A stretch of 64,000 nt of DNA from Candidatus Margulisiibacteriota bacterium. Lineage in GTDB: Bacteria; Margulisbacteria; Riflemargulisbacteria; GWF2-39-127. Below the pieces are notes generated by a model. That model saw only the letters and a list, made by a program, of their open reading frames with translations. It was not told where the DNA came from and did not search any database. Every line of letters begins with the position of its first letter. Within the stretch, counting starts at the first letter, position 1. Below are positions 28,350-38,693 of this stretch, piece by piece. The stretch is from positions 2,965 through 66,964 of the forward strand of contig QKMY01000020.1 of NCBI GenBank assembly GCA_003242895.1, read 5' to 3'. Made by a program: the position numbers and the translations under genes.

Positions 28350-28832
28350 TTACCCTCTATTCTGATATTTTTCCAGATACACTAGACTAAATAGGTTACT
28401 CACCTTCTCTGTTCTAAATATCCGGTAGCCGAGCTTTTGATAGAGATAAAGGTTTCGCTCACTTTTAAACCCGGTAAAAAGTTCAAATCTCTCAACTGTA
28501 AGATATCGTGATTCAACCTCACAGAGAAGCTGCGTTCCCAATCCCCGATTCTGGAAATCCGGGTGAACAATAAGTTTGCCTATATAACAAGAACCCTTAT
28601 TCTCGTATGCTCTTACGGAACCTACGAGCTTATCTTCAATAACTATTTTAAGGACAACCTGCTTCTCGAAATCTCTTCTTATCTCCTCAATAGTTTGAAT
28701 AAGCGGCGAAATCGTGTAATTATTATAGATCTCCGCTTCACTTACATAAGACTTCTTTTGAAGGGCAAGTATCTGTTCAGCATCTAGTATAGTCGCTTTC
28801 TCGATAATCAAATGCAAATCACTCCGAATCAT
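28350..28832 (-). CDS. GNAT family N-acetyltransferase
   Basis: IGKLIVHPDFQNRGLGTQLL acetyl-CoA motif; NLYLYQKLGY. Confidence 0.92.
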   Translation of the reverse strand: MIRSDLHLIIEKATILDAEQILALQKKSYVSEAEIYNNYTISPLIQTIEEIRRDFEKQVVLKIVIEDKLVGSVRAYENKGSCYIGKLIVHPDFQNRGLGTQLLCEVESRYLTVERFELFTGFKSERNLYLYQKLGYRIFRTEKVSNLFSLVYLEKYQNRG

Positions 28833-31251
28833 GAGTACTCTCCAAATACCGGATATCCCATAGATCGATTGGTAATATCGTCAACGGTTTGCCGTTATTA
28901 TCTACATAAATATTCAAATAATCCAGCAAACTATTCTTTGTCAAGTTCGCCCTCACACCAAAAAGCCTGTCAAAAGAGAAAAATGGCGGTTCCGGGAATT
29001 CAAGAAGCGTAACTTCTGCCGCTTCAGGGATTCCAGCTTTTTCCTTAGCAATTCTTAGTGCGACGTCCATTCCACCAAGGGCATCCACAAGCCCTACCCT
29101 CAAGGCTTCTTTCCCTGACCAGATCCTTCCTTGAGCCACAGTTTCGATGTCTTCAGGTTTTTTATTTCTTCCAACCGCGACCTTGTTAACAAAAAATCGG
29201 TATATATTGAAGATCTCTCTCCGGGCGTGTTTCAGCTCTTCATCATCCAGCTTTCGATTAGGAATGTAAAGACCCAGAAAAGGAATTGGGACACTAAACC
29301 CGGAATAGATATCGGAGTGCTTACCTTTCTTAACCAAGTCGGTACTTATTCCGAGATTTTCTTTAAGCCCTGAATTATATACGTACCCGCCAATTACCCC
29401 GATGGATCCGGTCATTGTATTCTTATGGGAAACAATCGCGTCACCGTTAATAGACAGCCAGTATCCGCCAGATGCTGCAACCAGCCCTTGAGATATGATG
29501 ACAGGTTTCTTCGCTCTACAACGTGTAATCGCTTCAGCTATAGTATCTGACGCGATCGCTGACCCGCCTGGAGAATCAATCCTCAGCACAACTGCCTTGA
29601 TTGAAGGATTACTCATAAGAGCTTCAAACAATCTTGCCATAGCATGCGCATTAACACCACTGTCCATAGCCACTGAACCAAGGGCATAAACAACGGCTAT
29701 TTGAGGAGCTTCACCCCACTTATCATCTTGAGGCAGCTTATACTTTTCTAACGATGAGATTCCGACTACCTGTTTGGCAACGCCTTCGTATTCTTTGATC
29801 ACTTCGTTCACGGAAGCCCAGGTCCCTATCCCGTCGACTAACTTAAGTTGTTGCGAATTCTCTGCCGGCAAAGACAAAAAGGTTTCATTGTCAATAAGAT
29901 TATCAAACTGTTCTCCCGTTATTTTTCTCGACATACAGATATCTGACTGATAGACACCATACTCATCCTCAACGAATTTCTTTAATTGTTCTCTATCTCC
30001 CTCAGACATGTTTTTTCTCGAAAACCCCTCAAGAGCTGACTTGTATTTAAAGTATCCAAATTCCTGAAATCCAATCCCGATCTTCTCCAAACTCTCTCTA
30101 TAATAGGTCTTACCAATAGAAAAACCTGACATTGAAACCGCTCCTAACGGATGAATAATGACCTTGTCAGCAATAGAGGCAAAATAGTACATGTCCATCG
30201 AAGCTTCATTTATAAAAACAACGACATGTTTTTCTGCTGCCCGGAATTCTTTCAACTTATCCCGCAACTCCCATAAAATCGAAGGATTAGTTACTTTCAT
30301 ATCTGTGGCATTGATCGCAATACCCCCGATCTGCTTATCCTTCCTGGCAGCATCAATAATATCAAGTACCGCCAGGATAGTATTGGATTTATCAAATAAT
30401 GAATTATGGCGATAGTTAAGGTACCCGGAGAGATCAAGGATCAGGTAATTTGTCTCTTTCTTCATGTATGTCCTGAAGATATTACGATCGTAGCCGCCTA
30501 ATCTCAGGTTATAATAAGAAGTATCTTTCTTGCCGATAACGTGCCGCTGGCTCGATATTCCGGTGCCGCCAAAGCTGAAGTCCAAGCCAAAAGAAATATG
30601 ATCTTTATTGAAATAGCGGGTGGCAAAACGAATACCCGAAAAAGGCTCAATAACGGCACCAAGGCTTTTTCTTCTTTTACTGGGTTTTTCATTGTTTTTT
30701 ACAGCATAATCGGCAAACAAAGCTATAAACTCATTGCCATATGGCCGATATGCAATATCATAAATCCCTTCCTGTTCCTTGCCATTCGTCTCGAAATTAC
30801 CGACGATACCGAAGGAAAATTCAGAAGAACGCCACAATGATCCGATAGTGAACAGCTTCTTTCTATTAAAAGTGTTAGTATCCCCGTCAGACCAGCCATA
30901 CCCGAACCCCAGACTGAAATCCCGATCACCAAATGCATTGGAAATCCGATAATCATTAATGTGCCCGCTGGCATCTTTATTTTTTATAACGCCCAGCCCA
31001 AGTCCCGGCACACCGAAAAACAATCCGCTCCGATCGCTATGAGTAGAAGCTGTCCAGACATAGTCAAATTCCGGAGAATCCAAATATTGCAATAATGCAG
31101 GATTATAATAGCCTTCGTAGCCTGTTTTAAAAGCTCCCGGAGAAGAAAGAAAAAGTTCGGATTGATCATGATAGTTTGGGATAAAAGCAAAAGCAGTATT
31201 CGTCATAACTATTAATAACACAAGAAAAACCTTAAATTCAGATAATTTCAT
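28819..31251 (-). CDS. sppA: Signal peptide peptidase SppA (S49, two domains) with an extra N-terminal beta-rich domain
   Basis: KYKSA, LRIDSPGGS, AASGGY, TGSIGV, GRIWSG..A..VGLVD; cleavable signal peptide. Confidence 0.9.
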   Translation of the reverse strand: MKLSEFKVFLVLLIVMTNTAFAFIPNYHDQSELFLSSPGAFKTGYEGYYNPALLQYLDSPEFDYVWTASTHSDRSGLFFGVPGLGLGVIKNKDASGHINDYRISNAFGDRDFSLGFGYGWSDGDTNTFNRKKLFTIGSLWRSSEFSFGIVGNFETNGKEQEGIYDIAYRPYGNEFIALFADYAVKNNEKPSKRRKSLGAVIEPFSGIRFATRYFNKDHISFGLDFSFGGTGISSQRHVIGKKDTSYYNLRLGGYDRNIFRTYMKKETNYLILDLSGYLNYRHNSLFDKSNTILAVLDIIDAARKDKQIGGIAINATDMKVTNPSILWELRDKLKEFRAAEKHVVVFINEASMDMYYFASIADKVIIHPLGAVSMSGFSIGKTYYRESLEKIGIGFQEFGYFKYKSALEGFSRKNMSEGDREQLKKFVEDEYGVYQSDICMSRKITGEQFDNLIDNETFLSLPAENSQQLKLVDGIGTWASVNEVIKEYEGVAKQVVGISSLEKYKLPQDDKWGEAPQIAVVYALGSVAMDSGVNAHAMARLFEALMSNPSIKAVVLRIDSPGGSAIASDTIAEAITRCRAKKPVIISQGLVAASGGYWLSINGDAIVSHKNTMTGSIGVIGGYVYNSGLKENLGISTDLVKKGKHSDIYSGFSVPIPFLGLYIPNRKLDDEELKHARREIFNIYRFFVNKVAVGRNKKPEDIETVAQGRIWSGKEALRVGLVDALGGMDVALRIAKEKAGIPEAAEVTLLEFPEPPFFSFDRLFGVRANLTKNSLLDYLNIYVDNNGKPLTILPIDLWDIRYLESTHDSE

Positions 31252-31528
31252 CGGGCATCCTTCCTGCATAGTAATTATTATCAATAACCAAGTATATTAT
31301 GGATAGACATAATATATTTGGTTATTGATTTCAGCAATAGATATTTTGCTGGAACCTTTATTCCTGATTGAAACCTTTAAAGGATTAAAGGTCCACCGAA
31401 TTTTTACTTTAACAAAGAATTGGCACAAAGCTCTTCCCGGATTATTCTTCCAGCAACCACACCAAAACATCCCAATTGGCATTAATAACAATTAGAGTAT
31501 AATGCCCTCGGACAGGGGGAAAAAGGAC

Positions 31529-31993
31529 ATGGACTTTCAATTAACAAGCGCAGCCTTCGTAGATCGGCAGCGAATACCGATACAGTATACGTGTGATGGA
31601 ACGAACATTTCTCCTCCTCTGGACTGGCAGATTATTTCAAATCGGATATTAAGCTTTGCGCTTATTTTGGAAGACGTGGATTCGATAAAAGGAACCTGGG
31701 GCCACTGGGTTATAATAAACATTCCTGAAAGCAGAAGATCACTACCTGAAAATATTCCAAACGAGAAAAATCCGGAAGGGATGGGAATACAAGGAATTAA
31801 CGATTACGGTGCTATCGGTTATGGTGGGCCCTGTCCTCAAAAAGGCGAGCATCGCTATATCTTTAATCTTTTCGCTCTCGATAGAATACTTTACCTAAAA
31901 GAGTCGCTCACGAGATATGAGGTGCGTAATGCGATTGAAGGAAATTTTCTTGCATCCTGCCAACTGACAGTGCTCTATGAACGCCGCTCATAA
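31529..31993 (+). CDS. YbhB/YbcL (PEBP/Raf kinase inhibitor-like) protein
   Basis: YTCDGTNISPPL, HWV, GYGGPCP, HRYIFNLFALD; start moved to ATG 31529 after AAAGGA because TTGGCA-16-TATAAT overlaps the upstream ATG. Confidence 0.92.
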   Translation: MDFQLTSAAFVDRQRIPIQYTCDGTNISPPLDWQIISNRILSFALILEDVDSIKGTWGHWVIINIPESRRSLPENIPNEKNPEGMGIQGINDYGAIGYGGPCPQKGEHRYIFNLFALDRILYLKESLTRYEVRNAIEGNFLASCQLTVLYERRS

Positions 31994-32106
31994 ATAATAA
32001 ACTATCATAGCAATATAAACCATACGAAATCCATACAGGAACATCTGATAAAATTGATTAGCCCTACCGATATCTATACCATAATTAGCAACTTATATAA
32101 CAAGCA

Positions 32107-33258
32107 ATGGTCAGGAGGCGTGTGGATATGAAAGCAATAGTTAAATTAATTCATTACTCATCGTTATTGTATCTATTAGCATTAGTTTTTATGACTAATT
32201 CGATAGGCTATACGCAAGATTTACCCATCGACAAAATCATGTTACCCCAGGGATTCAAAATCTCTATCTATGCAGAAAACGTACCCGACGCGCGATCAAT
32301 GACCTTAAGCCCGGGAGGCATTGTATTTGTCGGCTCTCGCGTAGCCGGAAAAGTATATGCAATTATTAACAACAATAAAGATAACAAAGCAGACGAAGTC
32401 ATTACAATTGCATCAGGGCTAAATGAGCCAAATGGCGTCGCATTTAAAGACGGCTCGCTTTACGTTGCTGAAGCTACCCGGATCATTCGCTTTGACAATA
32501 TCGAAAATAGGATCTACAATCCACCTCCGCCGATAGTAATCAATGACAGCTTTCCTCAGGCGAAAAGCCATAGCTGGAAATATATAGCCTTCGGACCGGA
32601 AGGACTTCTCTATATATCCGTTGGCGCTCCCTGCAATGCATGCATAAGCAAAGTTGAAAATTATGCCACAATAATGAGAATGAATCCTGACGGCTCCGGA
32701 CTTGAGATCTACGCCCGAGGAGTTCGAAACTCTCTCGGGTTTGATTGGAATCCCGAAGGAGAAGACCTTTGGTTTACCGATAATGGCCGTGACCTAATGG
32801 GCGATAATCAACCGCCGGACGAACTCAATCGAGCTCCACGTAAAGGGCTCAATTTCGGGTTCCCTTATTGTCATGGGATAAATATTCCAGACCCTGAGTT
32901 CGGAAAACTACGTGACTGCAGCGAGTTCACACCTCCGGAAATAGAATTGGGCCCTCATGTCGCAGCTCTGGGAATGAAGTTCTATACGGGATCGTTGTTC
33001 CCTGCCGAATACAAAAACCAGATATTTATTGCCGAACATGGATCCTGGAACAGATCAGTATCTATCGGATATCGGATAACTCTCGTACGCCTGGAGAACA
33101 ACAAGGCTGTTGGATATCAACCCTTTGCAGAAGGCTGGTTACAAGATAACGGAGCAGCATGGGGCCGTCCGGTTGATCTCCAGGTCATGCCGGATGGAGC
33201 ACTCCTGGTTTCTGATGACAAGAACGGCACAGTATACAGGATAAGTTACGAAAAATAA
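32107..33258 (+). CDS. Glucose/sorbosone dehydrogenase family (PQQ-dependent sugar dehydrogenase) beta-propeller
   Basis: SVGAPCN, GVRNSLGFDW, WFTDNGRD, AEHGSWNR, GRPVD, LVSDD. Confidence 0.9.
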   Translation: MVRRRVDMKAIVKLIHYSSLLYLLALVFMTNSIGYTQDLPIDKIMLPQGFKISIYAENVPDARSMTLSPGGIVFVGSRVAGKVYAIINNNKDNKADEVITIASGLNEPNGVAFKDGSLYVAEATRIIRFDNIENRIYNPPPPIVINDSFPQAKSHSWKYIAFGPEGLLYISVGAPCNACISKVENYATIMRMNPDGSGLEIYARGVRNSLGFDWNPEGEDLWFTDNGRDLMGDNQPPDELNRAPRKGLNFGFPYCHGINIPDPEFGKLRDCSEFTPPEIELGPHVAALGMKFYTGSLFPAEYKNQIFIAEHGSWNRSVSIGYRITLVRLENNKAVGYQPFAEGWLQDNGAAWGRPVDLQVMPDGALLVSDDKNGTVYRISYEK

Positions 33259-33311
33259 AAAACAGCGACTAGAGGCAGGAAGTTAGTGCCTTACCTCTAA
33301 TCGCACATATA

Positions 33312-34307
33312 TTACATTGTTTTGGCCAGGGCAACGCCCTCTTTGACCATTTGATTCGTGTATCCCCATTCATTATCATACCAGCTCATTATCTTAACCA
33401 GATCTCCATCAACTACCTTCGTTAACGTAAGATCTATGATTGCAGCGTGCGGATCCTTGATAATATCCGAAGAAACTACCTCATCCTCAGTGACCCTCAT
33501 CACACCTATATATTTCTCCGTCGCGGCTTCTTCTTTAAAGATATTGTTAATTTCTTCAATACTTGTCGTCCGCTCGGTAATGAGAACAACATCCGAGATA
33601 GACCCTGCCGGGACCGGACCACGTATCGCAATACCGTCAAATTTACCTTTATATTGAGGTAAGGCACGGGTTGTCGCGATAGCTGCTCCTGTGGATGAAG
33701 GAACAAAATTAATCGCCGCCGCCCTTCCCCGTCTGAGCTTCTTGTTGGGCGAGTCAACGATAGACTGAGTCGCAGTATATGCATGAAACGTTGTCATTAT
33801 CGCTTTCTTTAAGCCTATCCGTCTTCCGATGATCTCGATAACAGGAGCGATGCTGTTGGTAGTGCAACTAGCACACGAGACCAGATTGACATTACCTTCG
33901 GGACTATTAACCCCATAAATAACCGTGCCGACATCTTCGCTTTTCGATGGTGTCGACAATATAACCGTCCGTGCCCCGGCATTGAGGTGTTTCTGGAGAT
34001 CTTCTTTTTTTGTAAAAACACCGGTACACTCAAAAACAATATCAATATGCAATTCCTTCCAGGGAAGCCCTCCTGGATCTTTAACACTTAAGAACTTGTA
34101 TCGCTTATCTTCAATCAACAAATCATCATCGGCATCAATTTTTTTTTCATACCTTCCATAAACCGAGTCATACTTAAGTAAATAAACCAGACTATCAATC
34201 TTTCCCAGGTCGTTAACAGCTACCAATTCCAGTTCCGGCGTTTCCAAAATGACTTTAAGCGCAGCTCTCCCAATCCTTCCTAAACCATTAATAGCAACTC
34301 TTGCCAT
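33312..34307 (-). CDS. gap: Type I glyceraldehyde-3-phosphate dehydrogenase
   Basis: INGLGRIGR, ECTG, ASCTTN, HAYTATQ, SSTGAA, WYDNEWGY. Confidence 0.96.
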   Translation of the reverse strand: MARVAINGLGRIGRAALKVILETPELELVAVNDLGKIDSLVYLLKYDSVYGRYEKKIDADDDLLIEDKRYKFLSVKDPGGLPWKELHIDIVFECTGVFTKKEDLQKHLNAGARTVILSTPSKSEDVGTVIYGVNSPEGNVNLVSCASCTTNSIAPVIEIIGRRIGLKKAIMTTFHAYTATQSIVDSPNKKLRRGRAAAINFVPSSTGAAIATTRALPQYKGKFDGIAIRGPVPAGSISDVVLITERTTSIEEINNIFKEEAATEKYIGVMRVTEDEVVSSDIIKDPHAAIIDLTLTKVVDGDLVKIMSWYDNEWGYTNQMVKEGVALAKTM

Positions 34308-34726
34308 ATTGATTCCCCCCTTTTATCCTCTCAATTAATAATTTGTTATCAACCGGCGATTTGGGCTAATGCAAAGCATTTTATAAAACATTATATTTAG
34401 TTATTTATTTGGGAGTTCATTTTATAACAAAGACAGCTCTCGTCAACAATAAAGATTACTGTTTACATGGCAGGTTTTCATCGCATAAAGAACTGAGGAG
34501 AATTCCTGTATTTTACCGTTTTTCATTGTGGCCGGATTTAAACCCGGATAATTGGCGACTATTCAAAAACATGGCGTTATGTTAAATAGAGTTCATTAAC
34601 CTTAGTTCTTATGATTGTTATTATAAATTTTATATTTATCAATTACTTTATGCTTTTATATGATAATTAAAACCATCTTTAAATGTTCGCATTACGACTC
34701 GAATTCAAAATAGATGGAGTAGACGC

Positions 34727-37288
34727 ATGAAACCTCCTGATTACCTGGATTTATCCGGCATTACTGAAAAAGATGCGCAGGAACGGTCACAAAACGAAGG
34801 GTACAACGAGCTTCCTTCTTCGAAACAAAGAAGCGTAATTGCGATCACCTTAGAAGTATTTCGAGAACCGATGTTTATTTTACTAGTAACCGGAGGGATT
34901 ATCTACTTCCTGCTCGGAGAACCTCAAGAAGCCTTACTTTTACTCAGTTTCGTATTCGTCGTCATGGGGATAACCATTTATCAGGAAAGAAAAACCGAAC
35001 ACGCCCTTGAAGCGCTAAAAGAGTTATCAAGTCCTCGGGCACTCGTTATTCGATGCGGGATTCAAAAACGGATAGCCGGGCGTGAAATTGTCCGGGAGGA
35101 TATTATGATACTCAAAGAAGGTGACCGCGTTGCTGCCGATGCCATCGTGCTCCAGGAAACCAATCTGCTGATAGACGAATCTTTACTAACCGGAGAATCT
35201 GTGCCCGTCAGGAAATCAGCTTGGAACGGAGTCGCACTTACTGTCGCTCCAGGTGGTGACGATCTTCCTTTTGTGTACTCAGGATCTCTTATTATCCAAG
35301 GACAAGGGATTGCGAAAGTCACGGCTACCGGGACAAATACAGAAATCGGTAAAATAGGAAAAACCTTAGAATCGCTAAAACCGGAACCAACACCACTTCA
35401 ACAGGAAACAGGTGATCTTGTTAAAAAAATAGCTTTGATTGGTTTTTTTTTATTTTTGATCATTGTCTTTACCTATGGCTTAGTACGTAACGATTGGCTG
35501 AATGGACTGCTCGCCGGGATTACACTGGCAATGGCGATATTACCTGAAGAATTCCCTGTGGTATTAACTATATTCCTGGCTCTCGGAGCCTGGAGAATGT
35601 CTCGTAAAAATGTATTAACCCGAAAAATTACCGCCATTGAAACTCTCGGATCTGCGACTGTCTTGTGCGTCGACAAAACCGGGACGTTAACACTTAACCG
35701 TATGAGAATAAAAAAAATATTTGCTAATAACGATTTTTATGACCTGGAAATGAAAAGAAACGAGAGCCTCCCGGAACAGTTTCATGAGCTTGTTGAATAT
35801 AGTATATTAGCAAGCCAAAAAGATCCATTTGATCCTATGGAAAAAGCCATAAAAAAACTGGGAGAATACAAACTCTCAAATACTCCGCATATCCATTATG
35901 ATTGGAATCTTATTCATGAATACCCTTTATCAAAAAGTCTGCTCGCGATGTCGCATGTCTGGCAATCACCTAACGGGCAAGATTACATTATCGCCTCCAA
36001 GGGAGCACCCGAAGCCATATTAGATCTGTGTCATCTCTCCCCGAGCCAAATCGATGATTTATCGAAAAAAATCAGCATGCTGGCAAACGAAGGGCTCAGA
36101 GTCATCGCCGTTGCAAAAGCTTCTTTTCGGAAAGAACAACTTCCGAGTCAACAACATGCATTTAATTTCTTATTTCTCGGGTTAATCGGACTGGAAGATC
36201 CAATCCGGGCTTCAGTTCCTGAAGCCCTCGATGAATGTTACAGAGCCGGAATCAGAATAATTATGATTACCGGAGACTATCCTGCAACTGCCCAAAATAT
36301 CGCCCGCCAGATCAAACTCCAGCAAGCAACCGAAGTTATCACAGGACATGAATTGACTACCATGAATGACTCTGAATTACAGAACCGGATAAAAAGTATT
36401 GGTATTTGCGCGAGAGTAGTACCCGAACAAAAACTTCGAATTGTTAACGCACTGAAAGCTAACGGAGAAATAGTCGCAATGACAGGAGACGGGATAAATG
36501 ACGCGCCGGCACTTAAAGCTTCGAATATCGGGATTGCAATGGGAGGACGAGGAACTGATGTCGCCCGTGAAGCTGCGTCACTTGTGCTGCTCGACGACGA
36601 CTTTTCATCGATTGTTGCAGCAATAAGAATGGGGCGCAGAATATTTGATAATCTCCAAAAAGCTATGGCCTACATAGTATCCATCCACATTCCCATTGCA
36701 GGTATGTCATTGATTCCAGTACTCGTTAACTGGCCACTCGTACTGCTTCCGGTCCATATTGCATTCTTACAGTTAATAATCGACCCTACCTGCTCGATAG
36801 TTTTTGAAGCAGAACCTGAAGAAAAAAACATCATGGACCGTCCTCCACGAAAACAACACGAGCATTTGTTCAACAGAAACGTACTTGTCATCAGCCTGTT
36901 ACAAGGACTCAGCGTCCTCTTCATTATTCTGACGATCTTTTTCTTTTCACTTAATTCTGGACGAGGAGCTTCAGAAGCACGAGCAATGACATTCACTACC
37001 TTAATTATCGCAAACCTTGGCCTCATACTCACCAATCGCTCCTGGTTAACGACAATACCCTCATCACTGGCTTCCCATAATCGTGCCCTGGGATGGGTCC
37101 TTGGAGGGGCGGTCCTTTTTTTGGCCCTAGTTCTATATGTTCCTTTTCTAAGAGGATTATTTCGTTTCAAGATACTCCACCCGAATGACCTGTTCATCTG
37201 TTTTAGTGCAGGAATAATTAGTATTATCTGGTTCGAGTTCCTTAAAACAATAAAAAACAGAGAAAAGAAAACCTCCCTCCTATTATAA
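34727..37288 (+). CDS. Cation-translocating P-type ATPase (P2, Ca2+-type)
   Basis: TGES, PEEFP, DKTGTLT, KGAPE, MITGD, TGDGINDAPAL. Confidence 0.95.
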   Translation: MKPPDYLDLSGITEKDAQERSQNEGYNELPSSKQRSVIAITLEVFREPMFILLVTGGIIYFLLGEPQEALLLLSFVFVVMGITIYQERKTEHALEALKELSSPRALVIRCGIQKRIAGREIVREDIMILKEGDRVAADAIVLQETNLLIDESLLTGESVPVRKSAWNGVALTVAPGGDDLPFVYSGSLIIQGQGIAKVTATGTNTEIGKIGKTLESLKPEPTPLQQETGDLVKKIALIGFFLFLIIVFTYGLVRNDWLNGLLAGITLAMAILPEEFPVVLTIFLALGAWRMSRKNVLTRKITAIETLGSATVLCVDKTGTLTLNRMRIKKIFANNDFYDLEMKRNESLPEQFHELVEYSILASQKDPFDPMEKAIKKLGEYKLSNTPHIHYDWNLIHEYPLSKSLLAMSHVWQSPNGQDYIIASKGAPEAILDLCHLSPSQIDDLSKKISMLANEGLRVIAVAKASFRKEQLPSQQHAFNFLFLGLIGLEDPIRASVPEALDECYRAGIRIIMITGDYPATAQNIARQIKLQQATEVITGHELTTMNDSELQNRIKSIGICARVVPEQKLRIVNALKANGEIVAMTGDGINDAPALKASNIGIAMGGRGTDVAREAASLVLLDDDFSSIVAAIRMGRRIFDNLQKAMAYIVSIHIPIAGMSLIPVLVNWPLVLLPVHIAFLQLIIDPTCSIVFEAEPEEKNIMDRPPRKQHEHLFNRNVLVISLLQGLSVLFIILTIFFFSLNSGRGASEARAMTFTTLIIANLGLILTNRSWLTTIPSSLASHNRALGWVLGGAVLFLALVLYVPFLRGLFRFKILHPNDLFICFSAGIISIIWFEFLKTIKNREKKTSLLL

Positions 37289-37358
37289 GAACTTGCATTC
37301 AGGACAATGAATAGTAGATAATTAATAGTATCACTCTTAAGTTAACAGGCCTTTTACA

Positions 37359-37745
37359 ATGATACTCAGAATAGCTTTTTTTCTTATGCTCGTCAGCAGT
37401 TCCTGTGCCTTCGCAGTCTCTTTGAATGTACAATCATTTAGTGTGACATCTGACATTAAAAAGACAGAACCCTCTAACTTCATAGAAAGCAATGTGTATA
37501 ACGTGATGAAAACAAGCCAACTAGGCTTATCAGTATGGAACTTCTATTCTTCATTGTATAGAGAAAATGAAAACAACTCATTAACGCAAAATATACTTAT
37601 TAGTACAAGGAAGCTACTGAGCGGCAAGCAAATTGAAATCGATTGCAATAATTATCTGGGAAAATCAAGTGCCTTCAGAGAAGTAAAACCCAGGATATTC
37701 ATTAGCCTTCACACAATAAGCTTAAAATGCTCATATGACTTTTGA
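37359..37745 (+). CDS. Hypothetical exported protein
   Basis: Signal peptide ending AFA; 128 aa ending SYDF. Confidence 0.55.
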   Translation: MILRIAFFLMLVSSSCAFAVSLNVQSFSVTSDIKKTEPSNFIESNVYNVMKTSQLGLSVWNFYSSLYRENENNSLTQNILISTRKLLSGKQIEIDCNNYLGKSSAFREVKPRIFISLHTISLKCSYDF

Positions 37746-37769
37746 TAATGAGAATTGCGTACTTTATCA

Positions 37770-37799
37770 TTGACAATTTGTATTTTTAACTGATAAAAT
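37770..37799 (+). promoter_or_regulatory. Sigma70-type promoter
   Basis: TTGACA, 18 bp spacer, TGaTAAAAT. Confidence 0.5.
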
Positions 37800-37839
37800 T
37801 TCTTCGCACACAACAATTAATAAAGTTTGGTATAATATA

Positions 37840-38127
37840 ATGTTTGAATTTATTGTTGAACTTGGAATATTGTTACTGTTATTGTCCCTAATCTATATAC
37901 TTTTTGCTTCCAATAAATTGTTCTCTACGATCATTTTCGGCATTTCCTGTATTTCCCTTTTCTACGGATGGTACCTAATTCCTGTGCCGGCATTCCTTAT
38001 TGCTGCGGTTATTAGCGGAGTTCTCGCAATTATCGTTAAGCCTGAAGTGAACAACAACAACATTATGCAGGCCTTAAAGAATGTCAACAAACATTCAGTC
38101 AACAGGAAAACTATTCAAGTTCAATAG
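37840..38127 (+). CDS. Small hypothetical membrane protein
   Basis: 95 aa with about three hydrophobic segments. Confidence 0.55.
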   Translation: MFEFIVELGILLLLLSLIYILFASNKLFSTIIFGISCISLFYGWYLIPVPAFLIAAVISGVLAIIVKPEVNNNNIMQALKNVNKHSVNRKTIQVQ

Positions 38128-38533
38128 CTTTATATTTTGTCGAGATAAACATCCATTTCAATTCGTCACTATCTTTATTAAACATTTTATTTATTATACC
38201 TAAAAAGAATAAATCATATTCTTTCGTCGGAAAATCTATTTTTTTCTGGTGATAGCTGCACATTTTTTGTAACAAGCTTTCCTTAGAATATAGTTCGAAA
38301 CTAACTGTGGGATAGTTTATATGCAACTCTCTTGCAATCGCGTACTGTTCAGATTCCTGTATATTCTTAAGAACAAGTACAGGAATCCATACCTGGTTAT
38401 TTTGAGAAAATGATCTATCTTCATAAACCACATAGCTCTTCGACTCACTGGAGTTCGTTTCAACATAGCGGGGAGCAGAGGGTATGCAGCTAAAAACCAA
38501 TGCGATTGCAAAACAAATAAATACCGGATTCAC
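38111..38533 (-). CDS. Hypothetical lipoprotein
   Basis: GTG start with GGAGG RBS; hydrophobic leader ending VFSC. Confidence 0.6.
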   Translation of the reverse strand: MNPVFICFAIALVFSCIPSAPRYVETNSSESKSYVVYEDRSFSQNNQVWIPVLVLKNIQESEQYAIARELHINYPTVSFELYSKESLLQKMCSYHQKKIDFPTKEYDLFFLGIINKMFNKDSDELKWMFISTKYKAIELE

Positions 38534-38693
38534 CTTTGCCCTCCAGCCCTAAAGAATTGAGCATATATTAACGAAAATGGAATAAAAAGCAACTGGTCAT
38601 TTAGGTTTGATGTAGAGACTTTCAACCTGAGTTCGACATAAGAGAGGGATGCGTCTCTATCGTGACGAGTAACAGGAAAGAACCTATCGGAGG

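Noticed and set aside
37742-37771. Fur box (GATAATGAGAAT)
   Set aside because: Only the left half matches, the DNA is AT-rich and the downstream gene has no iron link
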